A stretch of DNA of 63,541 nt, counting the filler, from Octopus bimaculoides (Eukaryota), in assembly GCF_001194135.2 (NCBI RefSeq). It is 4 parts of 4 records of this genome, joined end to end, with 100 filler letters (N's around TTAATTAATTAA, not from the genome) between each part and the next. Parts side by side here need not be neighbours in the genome. Positions count along the whole stretch, not along the records: positions 1 to 28,182 come from NC_069000.1; 3 more parts are not named here. The stretch is one strand, 5' to 3'. Of the stretch, positions 1-13,696 are shown one piece after another. Each line of letters opens with the position of its first letter. The stretch's first letter is position 1. Under the pieces are notes generated by a model. It was given only the letters and a program-made list of their open reading frames with translations, made no database searches and was not told the DNA's origin. Both the position numbers and the translations under genes were made by a program.

Positions 1-430
1 TTTATTTTTATTTGTTTGCAAAATTTATGGTTATTTTTTTATTGTTTTACTTGTTTCAGTCATTTGACTGCTGCCATGCTGGAGCACTACCTTAACCCTT
101 TCGTTACCGTATTTATTTTGAGATGCTCTGTGTTTCTTTCCATTAATTTTAAATATAAGAAAGAATTTAGTAAAATAGCTTAGTTATCATTAAGGTAGTG
201 TTAGAAACATAAATTGTGACTAAGATTTGGTGGAAGATTTTAATTCAAAACTTAAGAAAACAAGGCATTTGTACTACAGAACCAGAGGCGGTTTTGGCCG
301 GGTTGGTAACGAAAGGGTTAAAGGTGCTATGCAGTGGGACTGAGCCTGGAACCATGTGGTTGGGAAGCAAGCTTCTTATCACATGGCCACGCTTGTGCTG
401 GAACAATAAATGGTTTGAAATGCTATTAAG

Positions 431-468
<38 letters not shown>

Positions 469-1079
469 GAATGATAATTTTGATTAGGCATAGTGATACT
501 GGTAACTGATAGTTAGGATTCAATATACTTATGCTTTACAGTAAAAGTGTCAGGAAAGTATATGGCATAATATTAATGAATGAATGACAAAAGAACAAGA
601 ATTATGCAATTTGTTTCTGCTATAAACATTGCTCTCAGGGCTGAGTGCAGGGAATTAACACCTGTTGTCTTGTCAGTCACTAACACACACACATACACAC
701 CATTATGCATCAACATAAGTGTGTGTATACACAATCAGTAGGATATACCAGTAGGCCTGCATCAGGCATGGCCATTTGGTTGTGGAGTTGGCCTTGATAC
801 CTTGTGGTTCTGAATTCAATCTTCCCGTGCTGGCAGTGCCCGTGAAAGCTGCGGAGAGTATAGGACCAAGAGCAAATAATACATGGATAACAAGCGATAC
901 AGAAGTGGACATAGGAGAGTGAATATATGTAATTTAAGACAATGGACGAAGGACAACGGATGAAGGACAACGGACGAAAGGCGAAATTTAAGATGATGGA
1001 CGAAAGACGAAATGGATAAGAAACGAGAAAAATATAGCCTCAAGGCCAAAAAGACGCGATTTCTCCCCTCATTCCCTTT

Positions 1080-1211
1080 CCTCTCTGTAGAAGAGCATAG
1101 GTTCGAAACGTCAAAGACTTTTCTATTTTTTCCTGAATGTCAAACTATTATACTTTGTTGTTTCTTCACCTGCCTCTGTCTTTTATTTTTTTATTCTTTT
1201 GTATCGTTTTG

Positions 1212-1212
<1 letters not shown>
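1080..1212 (+). mobile_element. Penelope-like terminal-repeat fragment with degenerate hammerhead-like motif
   Basis: CTGTAGAAGAGCATAGGTTCGAAACGTCAAAGACTT; homologous to 25315-25425 (+) and 49822-49950 (-). Confidence 0.45.
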
Positions 1213-1256
<44 letters not shown>

Positions 1257-1887
1257 TGTGTGTGCGTGTTTGCTTATACATATACATGCATACATACATA
1301 CACACACACACACACAAGAACGCATGCACGCACATACACGTATATACACGTATATAATGCACAGGCGCACATGCATACACACACAAAGTTTTCACACGTA
1401 TAAGTCGCCTCCTTTCCACTCTTTAAGCAATTCCCACAAACACACATAAATATGTTTTGTGTTGCGTCTATCGAACATTCACAAAGTTTTGTACACAAAC
1501 AGATGTTAAAAATACTCGGGATGTGTCTATTCACTAAACCTCTTGCAAATCAAAGTTTCTTTCAAAAAAAATTCAAAAAATATCCCTAGTTTCTATGGTT
1601 ACGAGTTTCACGTAGATATTCACATTTGGTAAGAAAGCTTTGCGTGACACTAAATATATAAATGTAGAGCAATTACTTGATTGTCGATGTCTGTATGCTC
1701 ACCTGCGTGACTGTGGTGTGTGCTAGACAGACGGACAATTCTATCTATCTATCTATCTATCTGCCTGCCCGTCTATCTGTCCGTCTGTCTGCCTATCTGC
1801 CTGTCTGTCTGTCTGCCTGCCTATCTGCCTGTCTGTCTGTCTCTCTGCCTGTCTGTCTATCTCTCTTTCTCTCTCTCTGTTTATCTA

Positions 1888-2107
1888 TCTAACGTAAGTA
1901 TATCTATATATGTAACTAAAACACTGTCAACCATTGCTCTCGTTTTGTCATATTTCACCATCCTTCAGTAACTTCTACTCCCCATCCACCCTGTCTGTCT
2001 GTCTGTCTGTCTAACGTAAGTATATCTATATATGTAACTAAAACACTGTCAACCATTGCACCTGCCTTCTGTCATATCCTCTCACCATCCTTCAGTAACT
2101 TCTACTC
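1888..2107. repeat. Local tandem duplication, ~95-bp unit with 122-bp period
   Basis: TCTAACGTAAGTATATCTATATATGTAACTAAAACACTGTCAACCATTGC...CACCATCCTTCAGTAACTTCTACTC occurs at 1888-1980 and 2010-2107. Confidence 0.9.
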
Positions 2108-2756
2108 CTCTCTGCTGCTTAAGTCAACGCCCTCTCTAAAGTTATGAACAACAGTAACTCGTACTTCATATCGCTTCTCATAACCCCTCCCCAAAGTATT
2201 GAATAGGTGTATTTCATACATTACATCGCTCCATACGTGAATGCAGCATGACCGAATGGTTAAGAAGGGTGCTTCTTGATCACACATATTCCACAACATA
2301 ATACCATTGGAAACGGTCGCTTACTAGTTTTGTGAATGAAACTGGGTAGACGGAAACTGTGCTGAATCCCTTCGAATTGATTTTGTAGCTGTAATATAAA
2401 GATCCAGCCTTGTCACACTATGTCACGCTGATCCAGAATTACATTGAGGGAAGACGTGTTGTGTAGAATGCATGCCGATTTAAATGAGCTGCAGGTTTTG
2501 AACATATGAATAGTCATCGTGGAAACCGACGGAGACCCATGTAATTACTCTCTCTTCCTCCGTCTCTCCTCTGTCTCTCTGTCCCCTATTTCTCTCCCTT
2601 CTATCTGTCTTTCTTCTACCTTCTCTCTTCCCCACTTTGCATATAATGTGTGTGTTTGTGTGTAGCTATGTATGTGTGCGTGTGCGAGTGTGTGTGCGTG
2701 TGTGTGTGTGTGTGTGCGTGTATGTGTATATAGCTATGCGTACGTGTGCATGTGTC

Positions 2757-2788
<32 letters not shown>

Positions 2789-4060
2789 GGAGAGAGAGAA
2801 GCATGTCAGACAGTCAGCCTGATAACACCAGTCAGACGGACAGAAAGACTGACGGGTAGGGCAACAGACAGACAGACATGCGGACAGACAGACGTGCGGA
2901 CGGAGAGATAGATGGACGAGGTGGCAGGCAGAAAGACAAATATCATAATCACTGCGCTATTTAGCTGCCAATGAAAGTGTTTACGGCAACAACAACAGCA
3001 ACAGCATCAACAGCTATTTATCACAACCCTAACAACAGCAACATTTCATCATCAAAAGTTCACTTCCAGTTGACATTTCCTCAGGAAGTTTTCCAGCTTC
3101 AACTGTTGCACCATATATCACTGTCATCACCGCCGCCGACGCCGCCAAGAATTACCACCACCGCCGCCGACGCCGNNNNNNNNNNNNNNNNNNNNNNNNN
3201 NNNNNNNNNNNNNNNNNNNNNNNNNNNNNNNNNNNNNNNNNNNNNNNNNNNNNNNNNNNNNNNNNNNNNNNNNNNNNNNNNNNNNNNNNNNNNNNNNNNN
3301 NNNNNNNNNNNNNNNNNNNNNNNNNNNNNNNNNNNNNNNNNNNNNNNNNNNNNNNNNNNNNNNNNNNNNNNNNNNNNNNNNNNNNNNNNNNNNNNNNNNN
3401 NNNNNNNNNNNNNNNNNNNNNNNNNNNNNNNNNNNNNNNNNNNNNNNNNNNNNNNNNNNNNNNNNNNNNNNNNNNNNNNNNNNNNNNNNNNNNNNNNNNN
3501 NNNNNNNNNNNNNNNNNNNNNNNNNNNNNNNNNNNNNNNNNNNNNNNNNNNNNNNNNNNNNNNNNNNNNNNNNNNNNNNNNNNNNNNNNNNNNNNNNNNN
3601 NNNNNNNNNNNNNNNNCCGCCGCCTCCGCCGCCGCCTCCGCCGCCTCAACAAAGAGTTAATTCTCGGGGAACCATAATTGCAGTCCAGGTTTGATTCTCT
3701 CTTTATAAACTAAAATAAATATCAAACGCAATATGAATAGTGGAAGAGTCTATTTTGGGGGTTTCCATAAGTGGTAAGTAAGTTCGCTTAGCAACTACAG
3801 GAATCCATAATCGATGTCATTGCACGGTGCCTTGAGCAAGTGGCTACTCCCATACCTGGGGCTTCACCAATCAATTGCAGATAGGATATTTTGTGCCAAG
3901 TAAAAATCTTAAAAGGCAAGACAATGTTGTAATACAATTAGCAGTGTCTTCATCTCTCTCTCTGTTTGTCCGTCCCACTGATATGCATGTCAAAAACAAT
4001 TAGTTTCTTTACTAGTTTCTAGCTTCTATGAATTTCGTGGAATCACTATCAAGTAATAGT

Positions 4061-4322
4061 GGAGGCACGTGGCCTAGTGGTTAGGGTGTCAGCACCATGA
4101 TCGTAAGATTGTGGTTTCGATTCCTGGACCGGGCGACGCGTTGTGTTCTTGAGCAAAACACTTCATTTCACGTTGCTCCAGTCCACTCAGCTGGCAAAAA
4201 TGAGTAACGCTGCGATGGACTGGCGTCCCGTCCAGCTGGGGAACACATACGCCATTGAAACCGGGAAACCGGGCCCACAAGCTTGACTAGGCTTTAAAAA
4301 GGGGCGCATTTATTTTTTATTT
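4061..4322 (+). mobile_element. tRNA-derived SINE (family B), full length with 13-bp target-site duplication
   Basis: A box TGGCCTAGTGG, B-box-like GTTTCGATTCC and a (TATTT)n tail. Flanked by ACTATCAAGTAAT at 4045-4057 and 4323-4335. Confidence 0.9.
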
Positions 4323-4384
4323 ACTATCAAGTAATGACGTACATGAATTTAATTTGTCGAGCACAAAATGTGTTCGTGTATATC

Positions 4385-4600
4385 TTTTGTCTTTTATTTG
4401 TTTCAGGCATTGGAGTGCGGCCACGCTGGTGCATCATCTTGAAGAGTTCTAGACGAAAGAAATCAACCCAGTACTTATTCTAAAATCCGGTATTTATACT
4501 TTCAGGCCATTTGCCGGACTGCTAAGCTAAAAGGACGTAAACAAACCGACACCGGTTGTCAAACGGTGAGGGGGACAAACACAGACACAAAGGCGCCACG
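4385..4600 (-). mobile_element. SINE family D copy (degenerate)
   Basis: Reverse complement of the 20016-20230 element (TTGTTTCAG..GCGGCCA.GCTGG..., ACCGGTTGTCAA). Confidence 0.65.
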
Positions 4601-4748
4601 TGAGAACACACACATATGTATACAAGGAAAAATTAAGATGAAAGTATAAATTATTAGTTCATACGTACGTTTCACCATTGCAGTTATTTGGAACACTGCA
4701 TCGGATGTTCCAAGTGCATTTGAATGGCCAACCGCAATGAATAATATA

Positions 4749-4830
4749 CAGTAATCCCTCGACTATCGCGGGTGTTTTTTCCCCCCCACGATAGGTGAAA
4801 ATCCACGAAGTAGAAACAGTACTGTACTGT
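4749..4830 (+). mobile_element. Tigger/pogo-type TIR fragment (MITE end)
   Basis: TA|CAGTAATCCCTCGACTATCGCGGGTG...CGATAGGTGAAAATCCACGAAGTAG, the typical pogo-family end after a TA target. Confidence 0.5.
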
Positions 4831-4854
4831 ATAATTTTAAAATTACTTTTATTT

Positions 4855-4999
4855 GCAGGAGTGGCTGTGCGGTAAGTAGCTTGTTTACCTACCACATAGT
4901 TTCGGGTTCAGTCCTACTGCGTGGCACCTTGGGCAAGTGTCTTCTACTATAGTCTCAGGCCAACCAAAGCCTTATGAATGGATTTGGTAGATGGAAACT
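4855..4999 (+). mobile_element. tRNA-derived SINE (family A)
   Basis: GCAGGAGTGGCTGTGCGGTAAG...GGTTCAGTCC...CCTTGGGCAAGTGTCTTCTACTATAG...GGATTTGGTAGA; same family as 56006 and 59461. Confidence 0.85.
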
Positions 5000-6277
5000 T
5001 GTTGGTGATGACAATATTGTCTACAAAATACATGATTAAAAAAAAAATATTATTCAGGTTAACTTTTTAATAACATAATCCTGAATATGAATTAGTATGT
5101 AGTGATGAAGCACGAACCAGTCCCTGTCCGTTCACAACAACAAAGAGATAAATGTTTACAAATAAATATTTGGTGAAATTGGTGCCTTGTCAAGGACAAT
5201 TGACATTTGTTCTTTGGAGCTGATTGCAGGAATGTTTAGTGGGAACTCTAAACTTTGAAATTGTAAATTGATATAGAATAAAATTGTCTGTATATGTGGT
5301 TGTGCGCGTGTGTGTATGTTTGTGAGTGGTGGTGGTGGTGGTGAAATTGAATGCTTTTGTGTGTGTGTATGTGTCTTTTGTTTGTGTGAATATTGTGTAT
5401 GAAATTGTGAGTTTTGTGTGCTTGCGTGAAACTGTGTGTGAAATCGTGTGCTTGTGTGTGTATGCTGTTTTCTGATTGTCTGTGAATGCGGACACAATGC
5501 GTGCACGCACGTTTGTGTATGTGTGTGTATGCGTATGTGCCTATGTGCATATACCTGTATGTATAGTGTGTGCGTATGTGTCACATCGTGGTTGTATGCG
5601 AATGTGTGCACGAGTGGTAGGATGAGTATGCGTGTGTACGTGCTTAGCTCTGTATACTTAGACACATATATCTCTCTGTACGTGTTTGTTTCTGTCTTTC
5701 CATGTGTGAATCGGTGTGTGTGTGTGCGTGCATGTAGATGTGTGTATGTGTGTGCATATGGATGTATGTGTGTGTGTGTGAGTACGTGTCTGTGCACATG
5801 CAGTGTGCGTGCGGCCGTGTTTGCCTTTTCTCATTTGAGTGCGTGTAAACGTTATTCTCTCTCCCCTTCTCTGTCTCTCTTTCCTTCTCTCTTTCTTTCT
5901 CTCCCTCGTTCTCATATTCTCTCTAATCTTCTCTTCTCTCTCTCTGTCTCTAACCCCAGATCAGATTCAATCCACAGAAAATTGTGACCAAAGTTGTTCC
6001 AGCCATAACAAACCTGTAATTTTCAGTTTATGATTATATACAAGCATGCATGCATGTATGCATGCATGACTGTATGTGTGTGCGTGTATGTATGTATGTA
6101 TGTATGTATGTATGTATGTATGTATGTATGTATGTGCGTGTGTATATGTATGCATACTTGTGTGTCTGTCTGTCTGTCTGCATGCATGCATGCTTAAATG
6201 TCTGTGTCTGTATGTACATGCATATGTACGTACGCATGTATGCATACACACACACACACACACACACACAAAGGGTA

Positions 6278-6600
6278 CAGTGAATAAACTGTCCTCTAAA
6301 TTACGCAAAAATGAAAATAACGCTGATATCTCATTTTAACAGATATATTTACCAAAATTACATAAAAATATCTTGAAATACTAAAGAGTAAATTTATTCA
6401 ATAAAATCGCCATTGGTTTCAACCACAGCTTCCCTGCGATTTTGGAATCTCTTCCAACTCTTCTGGACGATCTCCTTCTCTAAGTTGGTAAATGCGGCCA
6501 TAATCCTTGCCTTCAGCTCATCTTTGGTGTTACAAGGAGTTTTGTTGGTCTCTTGCTCAACTGCGCTCCTCATATAATAATCAAGGGAGTTGCAATATTT
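6278..6600 (-). mobile_element. Tc1/mariner (maT/DD37D-like) transposase C-terminal relic with TIR
   Basis: Minus-strand NSLDYYMRSAVEQETNKTPCNTKDELKARIMAAFTNLEKEIVQKSWKRFQNRREAVVETNGDFIE resembles the post-SPDLNPLDY region. The end reads TA|CAGTGAATAAACTG. A second copy lies at 63136-63446. Confidence 0.7.
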
Positions 6601-6659
6601 CTTCCGGCGTGCTAACGATTCTGCTAGCTCGTTGTCTTTATTGCTTTCTAGTTTTGGCA

Positions 6660-6841
6660 CAAAGCTAGCAATTTCGGGGGAGGCATGGGTCGATTAGATT
6701 GACTCCAGGGATCAACTGGTACTTATTTTACCGATCCACAAAAGGATGAAAAGTCGACCTCGGCGGATTTTGAATTCAGAACATAAAGACGGACGAAATA
6801 TTGCCAAGCATTTTGCGCATTATCCAAACGATTCCGTAGCC
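6660..6841 (-). mobile_element. MetaSINE-like SINE (family C), degenerate
   Basis: Reverse complement of GTCGACTTT..CATCCTTT..GG.TCG.TAAAATAAGTACCAG. A second partial head lies at 6601-6632. Confidence 0.7.
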
Positions 6842-7385
6842 NNNNNNNNNNNNNNNNNNNNNNNNNNNNNNNNNNNNNNNNNNNNNNNNNNNNNNNNNNN
6901 NNNNNNNNNNNNNNNNNNNNNNNNNNNNNNNNNNNNNNNNNNNNNNNNNNNNNNNNNNNNNNNNNNNNNNNNNNNNNNNNNNNNNNNNNNNNNNNNNNNN
7001 NNNNNNNNNNNNNNNNNNNNNNNNNNNNNNNNNNNNNNNNNNNNNNNNNNNNNNNNNNNNNNNNNNNNNNNNNNNNNNNNNNNNNNNNNNNNNNNNNNNN
7101 NNNNNNNNNNNNNNNNNNNNNNNNNAAAACAAGTAAAAGATAATCAGAAAAGAAAGAATTATAAGCAAGAATCGAAATCGGAATCAGAACAAGAAAACCT
7201 GACAAAACTAGATGGTTTTCTTTAAGCGAATGTAAGGGAGCTAACTCTAGATATTTTCGTCGTAGAAAATTTCAAGAGACGTCTTCTTTTAGTATAAGCA
7301 GGTAACCAAACGAATATCATTTCAATTATCAATATTTGTAATTTACAAATATAATAAAAACAGTAATTACTTTTAAACTTCCCAA

Positions 7386-7423
<38 letters not shown>

Positions 7424-7685
7424 AGTAAATCATGTTTTTATTATATGCATTACATACGTTTGAAGTAATTTAGAACAGGCTCCGTGAGTTATCTCCCTTA
7501 GATTATAAAGTCTCTGATGGAACGATTTGGAAACGTTAAAACTGATTAAATATTTGCTAATAATACACAGCGCATGACTAAATTTTTCTTGGTGTACGCA
7601 AGATTGGAAATTTATGACGCTGTGATGAGATGCTGCATTTTAAAATGAGCCACGTGTACACACGCATACACGTCACATATCAGAT

Positions 7686-7983
7686 TGTTGGCACTCCGTC
7701 GCTTACGACGTCGAGGGTTCCAGTTGATCCGATTAACGGAACAGCCTGCTCGTGAAATTAACGTGCAAGTGGCTGAGCACTCCACAGACACGTGTACCCT
7801 TAAAGTAGTTCTCGGGGATGTTCAGCGTGACACAGTGTGACAAGGCTGGCCCTTTGAATCACAGGCACAACAGAAACAGGAAGAAAGAGTGAGAGAAAGT
7901 AGTGGTGGAAGAGTACAGCAGGGTTCGCCACCATCCCCTGCCGGAGCCTCGTCGAGCTTTAGGTGTTTTCGCTCAATAAACAC
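7686..7983 (+). mobile_element. Interspersed SINE-like repeat (family E)
   Basis: GTTGATCCGATTAACGGAACAGCCTGCTCGTGAAATTAACGTGCAAGTGGCTGAGCACTCCACAGACACGTGTACCC...AAGGCTGGCCCTTTGAA; diverged reverse copies at ~62880-63040 and ~2390-2540. Confidence 0.65.
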
Positions 7984-8959
7984 NNNNNNNNNNNNNNNNN
8001 NNNNNNNNNNNNNNNNNNNNNNNNNNNNNNNNNNNNNNNNNNNNNNNNNNNNNNNNNNNNNNNNNNNNNNNNNNNNNNNNNNNNNNNNNNNNNNNNNNNN
8101 NNNNNNNNNNNNNNNNNNNNNNNNNNNNNNNNNNNNNNNNNNNNNNNNNNNNNNNNNNNNNNNNNNNNNNNNNNNNNNNNNNNNNNNNNNNNNNNNNNNN
8201 NNNNNNNNNNNNNNNNNNNNNNNNNNNNNNNNNNNNNNNNNNNNNNNNNNNNNAGAAGGAGGAGGAGTAGATGAGGAAGATGGAGTAAGGAGGAGGCTGG
8301 AGGAGGAAGAGAATGGAGGACTTGTTTCAGTCATTGGGCCTGCGGCCATGCTGCAGCACCGTCTTGTTGGACTTTGTCGAATAAATTGACTCCAGTACTT
8401 ATTCTGAAGTCTGTTACTTAATCTATCCGTTTCTTTTGCCGAACTGCTGAGATAGAGGGACGAAATCAAACCAACACCGGCTGTTATGCGACGGTGTGGG
8501 ACACGCACACACACGTAACGGGCTTCCACATAGTTTCTCTCTACCATATTCACTCACATAGCATTGGACTGTACGAGGCAATAGAAGACACCCGAGTTGC
8601 TGTGCGGTGGGATTGAACCAGAAACCACGTAGTTGTAAAGCGAGCTTCTAAACCACACAACCTGGGAAAATGTTTAACGTTCACGCAATCGCTTGACTAC
8701 CTGAAAACACCCGAGGAATGGCTGAGACAAAGAAAATATTTCTTCTTTAGAAGAAGGTAAAGTGAATCGGAATAAAAAATGGCAACGCCATGAATTACGT
8801 GGATGGAAAATGTCAAATGTCAAGAATGGAACTTAAAATCAAAGAATAGCTCAGGAAAAATTGGGAATGCGATTTCATCTTTCTTTTTCTGACAAGGTTG
8901 GGGGCGGGGGGAGAAAAACGAAGCGATTAATATTTGATATTGGTTTCAGATTTGAGTAC

Positions 8960-9120
8960 GAGGCCAGCAATTTCGTGTCGATTAAATCTGGTACTTATTT
9001 TATCGACTCCGAAAGAATGAAAGGCAAAGTCGACCTCGGTAGAATTTGAACTCAAAGACCAGAACGTTAAAACGGTCGAAATGCCAGCATGCTAACGATT
9101 CTGCCAGTTCAACGCTTTGA
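8960..9120 (-). mobile_element. MetaSINE-like SINE (family C)
   Basis: CTGGTACTTATTTTATCGACTCCGAAAGAATGAAAGGCAAAGTCGACCTCGG is the reverse complement of the family core. Confidence 0.75.
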
Positions 9121-9414
9121 CTAATATTTGATAATAAAAGAACACAGGAAGGGAGATAATTCAAAAAGTTATTCCCCTTGAATTTTATGGAAGCTGCGAA
9201 GCTACAACACAGCTTGCGTAATTCTAGATAAATGTCAAGTGTTTTGTTGATTATATTTCTTAATTTTTATCCATCTAATTACTAAACTTCTCATAATGAT
9301 CATAGTATGGAAGAGTCTTGTAGCGTTTAATTGTAACCCTTTAGCTTGCAATTTTATACCAGTCTGCCATGTCCTTTTCCTCATAAAATATGTGGTCTTG
9401 TGTATATTTATTTG

Positions 9415-9590
9415 AAGGCGCGTGGCCTAGTGGTTTCTAGCGATAGTGGTTTCGATTATTGGGTTAGGTGTTGTGTTGTGTTCTTAAGCAAAACACTTGA
9501 TTTCATATTGCTTCAGTTCATTGAATTGTAAATGACTTATCCTGTGACAGACTGGCGTTCGGTCCAAGGGGGAATTTTGTATTCTCGGTC
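9415..9590 (+). mobile_element. Older family B SINE copy
   Basis: GAAGGCGCGTGGCCTAGTGGTT...GGTTTCGATT...GTGTTCTTAAGCAAAACACTT; diverged from 4061-4322. Confidence 0.65.
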
Positions 9591-9989
9591 ACTTATATGT
9601 CATGGAAACAGGGTAACCAGTCGTACGAGTCGGAGCACTCGAGAGACTACTGTGACCAAGATATGAGAGAGAGAGATAGAGATAGAGACAGAGAGAGAGA
9701 GAGAGAGAGAGGGAGGAGAAAGAAAGAAAGTGAGGGAGAGAGAGAATGAGGGAGACAGAGAAAGAAATGTAGAGAGAGAGAAAGAGAGGGAGAGAGAGAG
9801 AAAGAGAGGAAGAGAGAGAANNNNNNNNNNNNNNNNNNNNNNNNNNNNNNNNNNNNNNNNNNNNNNNNNNNNNNNNNNNNNNNNNNNNNNNNNNNNNNNN
9901 NNNNNNNNNNNNNNNNNNNNATATATGCATGTATGTATATATATGTGCGTATTTCCATTCTATTTTCCACGATAAATTTCTCTATCACA

Positions 9990-11615
9990 TCATGGCATCA
10001 AGTATTTTTGTTGAAGAAAATATGGGTGTTGATGTCAAGAAAAAGAAGTATAATGAAAGTGACAAAAGAAAAGATCCTTGGTGGAAAATAAGAATACAGG
10101 CAGGGTTAGATATGCTCTCAAAGGACATTTCTGTGTTAGACCGGAAAGAAAGAGGGAGCTTAAAAGCGAACAAAAATACAGGGCACTGAACAGGAAGTAT
10201 AATATTGAAAGAACGGGCCTGAAAGTGGTAATGGAGGAAAGAAAGCAAATATGGTAAGATACGACCAAAGAACGAAGGGTTACCAGCAGAATAGCTTATT
10301 CAGAGTAGATCAGAAGAGATTCTACAAAGAAATAAATGGAGAGTGTACAGATAAAAAGTTGATACCAGATAACATTGAAAGTCAAAGGTTGACTGGAATA
10401 GTCTCAGAGTCAATGTACTGACATCGGGGAAAAAATGGAGTCCTGCTACATGAGTAGAAGAGTTGCAAGCGTAAGTACAGAGGTACCAAGGATCAAATCC
10501 TGGTAGACAAAACTGTACTTAGAGACTGCAAGAGGAGGAAAACTAACTTAGTCATGCCATGGATCAATTATCGTAAGGCGTACGATATAATCCCACATTC
10601 TTGGATTATGGAATGTATGAACCTGTTTGGGATTGGATCGAATGTTGAGCGATTGCTTGGAAAAAGTATGGCGAACTGACAGCTTATGGAAAAAGTTTAG
10701 GGACAATAGAAATCAAGAGAAGCATCTTCCAAGGGGACTGCCTATCCCCATTGATCTTTGTACTATGCATGATACCAATAACACTGATTCTGAGGAAAGC
10801 AAAGGCTGGGTATGTATTCAAAAGCCGCCAACAAAAAGTCAACCATTTGTTATTAATGGATGACTTCAAACTTTATGGTAAAGATGAATTCCAAGTCAGT
10901 TCGTCGTTGATACGGTGTATACTTTCAGTGCTGATATCAGAATGGAGTTCGGACTGAAAAAAATGTGGTGTGTTAGTCTTGAAGAGAGGCAAAATCAAAT
11001 GTATGGACGGGCTAGCGACACCGTCGGGGGAGGTTATGAAGCAGATAGAAGAGACGGGCTATAAGTACATGGGGATATTGGAAATGGATAAATTGATGGA
11101 GAAAGAAATGACCAAAAAATTTAAGGAGGAGTACTTGCGCAGACTGAGACTGATCCTTAAATCGAAATTAAACGAACGGAATAAGATTGAAGCTATCAAC
11201 ACCTAGGCGGTTTCACTCCTCAGATATGGAGCAGGGGTAACCGCATGGACAGTAGACGAACTAAACTACTTAAACAGAAAGACAAAGAAGTTGCTAACTA
11301 GATATGGGATACTCTACCCCAAAAGTGACACAGACAGGCTGTATGTACCAAGAAAACAAGGGGAAGAGGACAGATTGGATGCGAACACAGCAATAGAGAA
11401 GAAGAAAACAACATAGCATAGTATGTAAAAAAATGCCACAGAACCACTAATACTGGAAGTAAGAAGGTCAGGCTTGTGTAGGTAGGATGGAAGATTGCAA
11501 AGATAATGCACAGTACAAGCACTTGAGAATGAATGAAACTGAAAATAGGTGGATAAAGAAAAGAATGCATGGACAATTTCATAGACGTGTTGAAGATAAG
11601 ACAGTATATTTAATC
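9990..11615 (+). mobile_element. R4/Dong-clade non-LTR retrotransposon fragment (RT domain), frameshifted and internally deleted
   Basis: Motifs across frames: [103 protein letters not shown]. Several stops and frameshifts. Confidence 0.8.
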
Positions 11616-11887
11616 AGGGGCAAACAACAACAAAACCAAGAGCAAGAACAAGAAAAAGGACGTCAAAAACAAGAACAGAAACAATATATGTCAGCAGCGG
11701 AGGCGGTTGCGGTGGTTGCGGCGGGAGCGGCGGCAGTATTAGCAGTAGCAGCACAAGATACAACGACATTTTCCCAGCAAAACAACATTTCAATAAATAA
11801 ATAAGACATTGAAATATGTAATTTAATAATTTCATTTGTTTTAATTAAGCGAATATATAAAAATACATTACATACAAAAGTACATAC

Positions 11888-11996
<109 letters not shown>

Positions 11997-12740
11997 CTAT
12001 ATAGTACACACACATATATATATATATATTTATATATATATGTATTTGCGTACACACACACACACACACTCACACACAAACATACATATATACACATACA
12101 GACATCTAATAAATCACAGAAAAAAGTAAGAAAGAGACAAGTACTACGCCTTCCACTTCTTAAAAAAAAACAACAACAAGAAATTGAAGTTATTAATTAG
12201 CGATCATACAATAAATCTTAATAAAATTACCGGAAGCTATAAAATATGAACATCATTTCAACATGGACGTCCTTTAAATTAGAACGGGAGGAAATGAAAT
12301 ATGAAATATAAATAAAATGGACTGTGATTTCCAAATTAATGGAGACACTAAATTTATGTGTTTGTTGAGGTTGTGTGTGACTGAGTGTCTTTGTTGTGTG
12401 TATTTGTTGTTGTTGTTGCTGTTGTTGTTGTTGTCATTGTGTGGATGTGAGTGAGTGTGTGTGTTGGTTAACACACAAAAAAAGGTTTGGCAAAAATAGA
12501 ATTATTTTTTCTTTAGAAGTTCTGAATTTAAAAAAGAAAAAGATAAAAAGGCTCCTAGGTTTAGTTTTTGATTTACGGCAATGAAAATTAAGTTGTTCCC
12601 TCTCTTTCTCTTTTGAATACATTCGTACGTACGTACATGCATACATACATACATACATACACACATACACACATATATTGCATGTGTCATGCGTACATAT
12701 ATATACCGACATACATGCATAGATACTTATATACATATAT

Positions 12741-13001
12741 AAAATAAAATAAATGCGCCCTTTTTAAAGCCTAGCCAGGAATCATGGGCCCGGTTTCCCG
12801 GTTTCAATGGCGTATACGTTCCCAAGCTGGACGGGGCGCCAGTCCATCGCAGCGTTACTCATTTTTGCCAGCTGAGTGGACTGGAGCAACGTGAAATGAA
12901 GTATTTTGCTCAAGAACACAACGCGTCGCCCGGTCCAGGAATCGAAACCACAATCTTACGATCATGATGCTGACATTCTAACCACTAAGCCACGCGCCTC
13001 C
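12741..13001 (-). mobile_element. tRNA-derived SINE (family B), full length
   Basis: Reverse complement of 4061-4322 with few differences. Flanked by ATATACATATAT at 12729-12740 and 13004-13015 (low-complexity putative TSD). Confidence 0.9.
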
Positions 13002-13696
13002 ACATATACATATATATATACATGCATATATACCGACACCCAACACGCATGCACACACACATGCATACACACATATGCTTTAGCCTGTTTTTAAAAAAAA
13101 TTTTGATGTAAAGCTCTGCTGTCTCTCATTAATTNNNNNNNNNNNNNNNNNNNNNNNNNNNNNNNNNNNNNNNNNNNNNNNNNNNNNNNNNNNNNNNNNN
13201 NNNNNNNNNNNNNNNNNNNNNNNNNNNNNNNNNNNNNNNNNNNNNNNNNNNNNNNNNNNNNNNNNNNNNNNNNNNNNNNNNNNNNNNNNNNNNNNNNNNN
13301 NNNNNNNNNNNNNNNNNNNNNNNNNNNNNNNNNNNNNNNNNNNNNNNNNNNNNNNNNNNNNNNNNNNNNNNNNNNNNNNNNNNACACACACACACACACA
13401 GGCGTAAGGTATATATTTATATTAAAGGTTGCATATACAAGTTACATGATGTAACCAAGCCTTATCTTTACATCTGTTTCGGATAATTGAGTACTGGTTG
13501 ATGTAACCATGCACAATATGCAAGAAAACCTAACGTTGAGTTGATATTGTAGGTATAAATAGAAACAAAAGAAAAATATCACCAAGCAGGGGTTTCCATA
13601 ACTCCCTGCAGCAAAGTCACGATATTCTCATCCTATCAAAATCTATGTTTTGCTTTTATGTACACCTAAAACATCAGCTCAGTATTGGACTTCCCT

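Noticed and set aside
3130-3650. (GCC)n-rich ends flanking a gap, as a possible promoter or CpG island
   Set aside because: Most of the sequence is missing and there is no adjacent exon evidence.
5100-5275. Minus-strand FQSLEFPLN... resembling a Helitron helicase C-terminus
   Set aside because: Similarity is too weak and frameshifted to support without a profile search.
11487-11804. 105-aa ORF ending in Q/E/A-rich tracts
   Set aside because: A chimera of the LINE relic end and trinucleotide repeats.
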